From the human T2T-CHM13v2.0 reference genome, Homo sapiens: a stretch of DNA of 64,000 nt. Each line of letters begins with the position of its first letter. The stretch's first letter is position 1. The stretch is taken from the NCBI RefSeq assembly GCF_009914755.1, contig NC_060939.1. One strand, 5' to 3'. A program made the position numbers and the translations under genes. The notes below the pieces were generated by a model. The model had not been told where the DNA came from and did not search any database. It worked only from the letters and a program-made list of their open reading frames with translations. This document shows positions 58,267 through 64,000 of this stretch, in pieces.

Positions 58267-58667
58267 TGGAGGCCAAAGCAACTCCCTCCTGGGTGCTAAT
58301 GCGTCATGTTGACTTCTGATTAACCCCACTTCCAGGAATGCCTTTAAGATTTCTACTTTTATCTACTGTTAAGAGCACACACTTACTGTAAATATGTTAT
58401 TATAAACACTGTAAATCTGTATCATAAAACTGTGGTGCTGTAAACACTATAAATATGTTATCATAACCCTATGGTATATATGCCCTGGGTCTCGGGGGGG
58501 CAACAATGTGGGGATCCACCATCTCCTGGCTGCCCGAGACATGGCTTTTGTTTCTAAGTCCCTATTAAATGTTCCTAAGCAACTGGATTTGTCAGCCTCT
58601 GTGTTCAGCCTCTCAGCTCCCTCGGCCTTTGGGATTAGGTTTGCATACACCTGCTCACCGTGCAACA
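58267..58667 (+). mobile_element. Solo LTR (LTR47-like, ERVL)
   Basis: TG...CA ends, TATA-like GGTATATATG, ATTAAA near 58565, end GGTTTGCATACACCTGCTCACCGTGCAACA. Family assignment from memory. Confidence 0.6.
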
Positions 58668-58899
58668 CCCATCTTCACTTAGAAAAATCTAACTTCTCCT
58701 TCCAGGCCTAGGTCAAGTGACACCTCCTCTGTGAAGCCTTCTGTGAGGTTTGGATTCTCATTTGCAAATATTTACTTCCCTCCCCTCCTACTGTGGGATC
58801 TCTAGGCTCTACCCCCCCATTTTTAAAAAGATTTCCCATCCGTCTAGGTGTCTCCCATCTACTTGACCCCCAAGCCCAGAAAACAGGCACCCGCAGACC

Positions 58900-59345
58900 T
58901 AATGGCAGGCCTTGCCAGCTGCCCCCAAGCCCCTTTGCCCTCGGGCTCGGCTACGTGATTTGCTTTGGCCGGTGACATGCTGGAGATACGACCAAACAGC
59001 AAAGCCTTGACATGGGGTCAGGAGGCCTTGGAGCCCGGCCCACTGGGTTCAGGCCCTTGCACCTTGACATGGGCTCGGTGACACGGCTCACCCTCTTGTG
59101 CTTCTGCCATTGCCACTAGCACAGCTACTCCCTGGGTAGCCCATTGGTCCCAGAAGAATGAGAGACAGGACAGACCTTAACCAAACCCATGCCCAGGAGC
59201 CATCTAGCCAGGTCCGGCTGAAATCGGCAGGGCTGCCCCAGAAATCTACAGACACGTGAGCCAAAGATAAACGCTGAGAGTAGTAAGCCACTGAATTATG
59301 GCCATTTGTTACACAGCATATATGTGACAACAGTTGACTGATACA
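58900..59345 (+). mobile_element. MLT1-family MaLR LTR
   Basis: Typical MLT1 3' end: ...TAAGCCACTGA...TTTGTTACACAGCA...TTGACTGATACA. Confidence 0.65.
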
Positions 59346-59375
59346 CCACCTCTGTTCATTTCCCTTTGTGCTTGA

Positions 59376-59719
<344 letters not shown>

Positions 59720-59861
59720 AGCTTTACTGTTTTAACTGTAGAGCTGATTTTGTGGTAGAGCGTTTGCCTTCCCACTGGTCTATAAGAAACGTGACATAAG
59801 GACTACGTCTGATTCGATTCTGACTCCCCAGCACCCAATTAAATGGCAGCCAATGTCATTC

Positions 59862-60110
59862 TTTTTTTTGGAAACAAGGTCTTGCTCTGCTGCCCAGGCT
59901 GGAATGCAGTGGCATGATCTTGGCTCACTGCAACCTCTGCTTCCCAAGTAACTGGAATTACCAGCACGTACCCCAACACCCAGCTAATTTTTGTATTTTT
60001 AGTAGAGTCAGGGTTTCGCCCTGTTGGCCAGGCTTGACTTCCCGGCCTCAAGTAATCTGCCCGCCTTGGCCTCCCAAAGTGATTACAGGTGTGAGCCACC
60101 ACACCCGGCC
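59862..60110 (-). mobile_element. AluS, antisense, internally deleted
   Basis: Alu match with deletions. Confidence 0.82.
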
Positions 60111-60144
60111 AATGCCATTCTTTTCATCCTTTCCATCTGTACCT

Positions 60145-60239
60145 TTCCAGGACAGCCCAGTCCGGGTGGAGAGGCAAAGGTCTCTGTTTCCGGAAGGCCC
60201 AGTCTGGATGGAGAGGCAAAGGTCTCTGTTTCCAGGACT
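60145..60239 (+). repeat. 42-bp tandem duplication (~2.2 copies)
   Basis: GCCCAGTCYGGRTGGAGAGGCAAAGGTCTCTGTTTCC starts at 60155 and at 60197. Confidence 0.85.
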
Positions 60240-60844
60240 TACCTGCAAGTTTGGGCAAGAAAGTTCAAAAGCCCTGAGCTTTGGTTCCCATGACTGTCCA
60301 TATGGCTCATTTGCAGCGACTCCTGGACTCCTGTTTCTCCCCCATTCAAGCTTCAGATTCCTAGGAGAGAACACTGACCCAGCCAGCATGACATGGGGAC
60401 CGGGTTACACTGGCCTGGCTTTTGGAAGGAGAGGGGCCCGGCAGCCACAGCTTGCGTGGCTTCGTTTGCAGCCAGTAAGACGGTCTCTGGGAGGTTGCAG
60501 AGGTTGTTAGAGGGAAGCAGCGCTTATATAGAAGCCAGCTGAGGAGGATCCCGTACTTTAAACAAGCCAGGCTTTGAGCAGGTGAGGATAGGAATCATAT
60601 CAGGTTAGTCCTGGGGACTCCTGGGCTGCAGAGCTGGTGTCCTGAGAAGATTGAGGATGGGTGTTGGTGCCCTGGCCAGACCCATCAGAGAGGGGGGCGG
60701 AGGCCTGGGCAGGAACCCTCTGTGTTCAGAAAACTGTTCAATGCCCCTTTCAGAGTATGGGCTTTGTCCTTCTCAACAAACCTGCTTGTTTTATTTATGA
60801 TTTCTAGCAATAAAGAACCCATTTTATAGAAAGAACAGTAAGGA

Positions 60845-61055
60845 AAATGATAGCTAACATTTAGGAACTGCTTCCAAGGGGCAAGCACACCCCATGAGAT
60901 AGGCACCACCATTCCCATTTGATAGATAAGGAGACTGAGGCACAGAGAGGCCACTGCCTTGCCCCATCGTCACAGCTAGGAAGGGTGGAGATCACATTTG
61001 AACCCAGGTCTCTGTAACTCCAGGGCCCATGCACTTGGCTCTTAAGTAGCACTGC
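60845..61055 (-). mobile_element. MIR, antisense
   Basis: CCCATTT..AGATAAGGAGACTGAGGCACAGAGAGG..ATTTGAACCCAGGTCT. Confidence 0.7.
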
Positions 61056-61169
61056 CTCTAGGCCTCGTTCCTATGCACACGGCCCTGTGTCCCTGTTGAT
61101 TGTCTGTTGTCCTGGCACGATTATTAATGGTGCCTCCTTTCATCCTCAAAAGGGTCCTGGTTTGAGGTG

Positions 61170-61312
61170 TTTTTTGTTTGTTCATTTGTTTGTTTTTGTT
61201 TTGTTTTTTTGAGACGGGGTCTCGCTCTGCACCCTGGTCGCTGCACCCAGGCTGGAGTGCAGTGGCGCGATCTTAGCTCACTGCAGTCTCTGCCTCCTGG
61301 GCTCAAGTGGTC
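61170..61312 (-). mobile_element. 5'-truncated Alu, antisense
   Basis: Right-arm fragment; TSD TCAAAAGGGTC at ~61146 and ~61314. Confidence 0.8.
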
Positions 61313-61700
61313 TTCAAAAGGGTCTTGTTTGGCTGACAAATTTTAAGGCTAGGTAGAGCCTACATTATCATAGCAAGATGTTGGTGGGCAGAGTTTGGGA
61401 AACCCAGCTGACAGCTGTCCCTCACTGTCCCAGAATTCTGGCATTCAGGGCTCACTCTCCCGGGGCAGTTCCACACTGTGTTAATGAGGCAGCCCTGGTT
61501 GACCCTGGATACCTGGGCACTTCCCAGAGCAGACCTCCAGGATTTCCGTTACTCCAGGGCTCTTTGTTTATATTTTGACAAAGAGCTCGTTTTTCTCCCT
61601 GACGCCAACCCCTACCTGTACTTGCGAGGTTCTTCTCCCTGTTGTCATGTACTAGCTTGGCCAGGAAAGTGGCCACTGTTCTCCCTGGTGCTCCCAGGTA

Positions 61701-62270
61701 AAAGCTCCTGGGCTCACATCCAGGCTCCTGGACTTCCATCCGGGCTCCTGGCCTCCCATCAAGGCTCCTGGCCGCCCATCAAGGCTCCTGGCCTCCCATC
61801 AGGGCTCCTGGCCTTCCATTCGGGCTCCTGACCTCAAATCCGAGCTCCTGGCCTCGCATCTGGGCTCCTGGCCTCCCACCCGGGCTCCTGGCCTCCCACC
61901 CGGGCTCCTGAGCTCCCAGCCGGGCTCCTGGGCTTCCATCTGGGCTCCTGGCCTCCCATGAGGGCTCCTGGCCTCACATCTGGGCTCCTGGGCTCCCAGC
62001 TGGGCTCCTGGGCTCCCAGCTGGGCTCCTGGCCTCACATCTGGGCTCCTGGCCTCACATCTGGGCTCCTGGCCTCCCACCTGGGCTCCTGGGCTCCCAGC
62101 CAGGCTCCTGGCCTCACATCTGGGCTCCTGGCCTCCCATCCAGGCTCCTGGCCTTGAATCTGGGCCCCTGGCCTCACATCTGGGCTCCTGGCCTCCCATC
62201 AGGGCTCCTGGACTCCCATCTGGGATCCTGGCCTGGAATCCAGGCTCTTGGCCTCCCATCCAGGCTCCTA
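61701..62270 (+). repeat. GC-rich minisatellite, 20-bp unit, ~28.5 copies
   Basis: Consensus TGGGCTCCTGGCCTCCCATC held in unbroken 20-bp register. Confidence 0.95.
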
Positions 62271-62792
62271 GTGCTGGCTCTGCCTTCTCTTTTGGAGCGG
62301 GTGGTAGCAGTGGGGGCTGGTGAAATGTGTCACTTCCTGTCCCTGGCCCAGCTCTGAGGAGCTTCCTATGTGACCGTGACCCCTTCATGCATCTCTAGCC
62401 ACTGTAGACAATACCCTCTCATCGCTTCCCTGAAAGTGATGCCCTTTCCTGAAAGCCAGCATGCCCCCCAGCAAGGCATGGAAAGCGCTGATTCTGCATA
62501 ATGCTGAGAAGGGGTGCACACCTCAGTGTTCAGACCAGCCTGGGGCACTGGCTACTGGAGAAACAGTGAAGACATGTCTGCACTGAAGGACTTCTTCAAA
62601 TCTTTGAAACGCCAGCCCATTTCCAAGAGGTCGGCGTGGTAGTCAGCACTTCTCAAACTGTCCCCTGAATCTTTTGTCTGGAACATCTCATGGGGCTGGT
62701 GTTCTGTGGGGCACACCGGAAAGGCATGGAGACAGGCAGGGGAGGATGAAGCCAGGATGTGGGAGAGATTTAAAGACTTTGAAAGGATCCAT

Positions 62793-63216
<424 letters not shown>

Positions 63217-63677
63217 TCAGGGAAGCCTGAGAGATGCCTTTGACCAATCCATGAATAATGTTATTACAGCCATTGATTATTCACATTACTATAAATAAGT
63301 GAGTGGCCAAGAAATCACACCCGAGGAGATGCGAATGCTACCCGGACAGGGGCTGTCACCTGTAACGAGCACCCCTTGGCGTTCCCTCGCTTCCTTGCAG
63401 TAGCCGCTACGGGGCATCCAGTCCACCGCGTGCTGCTGACCAGCAGACTCTGGGCAGGAAGTGGTTTCTTTTTTTAATTCAAAAATATCTGCCTTGTCTT
63501 GTTTGCATGAATGAGAGTGTGGCTCATAAATGTGAGCTTGTTAAAAAGTCCGATGCCTGGTACAATGATCATTATTTGCAGATGACATGATTCTAGACCT
63601 GAAAGTTTGGAGAAGATCAAATTTAAAACCAAAAGAAACAAGAAGAGAAATTAGTGTATGACTTAGAATTTAACACT

Positions 63678-63999
<322 letters not shown>

Positions 64000-64000
64000 G

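Noticed and set aside
61701-62270. Constant/variable alternation resembling a CRISPR array
   Set aside because: The variable halves are 10-bp variants of one another, not unique spacers. The context is eukaryotic and there are no cas genes.

Overview
Human-type (primate) genomic DNA containing the 3' part of CRTC3 (CREB-regulated transcription coactivator 3) on the + strand. I mapped 13 coding exons by hand (probably exons 3-15, residues ~78-619). They splice in frame to a TGA at 48153-48155 and are followed by a ~3.2 kb 3' UTR. The first intron (122-8692) is a minor-spliceosome (U12) AT-AC intron. The introns carry many Alus plus MIR, L2 and hAT fragments. Intron 11 holds a nested stack: an ancient antisense HAL1/L1 interrupted by Alus, a full-length HSPE1 retrocopy and a 5'-truncated L1PA. 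Downstream lie a 2.2 kb C-rich array with higher-order duplication, a MER41B solo LTR with two intact GAS motifs, two more LTRs and a 20-bp VNTR. I cannot demonstrate a wholly new biological system from sequence alone. The best candidates for undescribed regulation are: (i) polyadenylation inside the U12 intron giving a CREB-binding-domain-only CRTC3; (ii) a candidate poison exon inside the HSPE1 retrocopy; (iii) an LTR-derived STAT/GAS enhancer cluster just 3' of the gene. Gene, family and subfamily names, exon numbers and residue numbers come from my recall of reference sequences, not from a search. Repeat boundaries are approximate.
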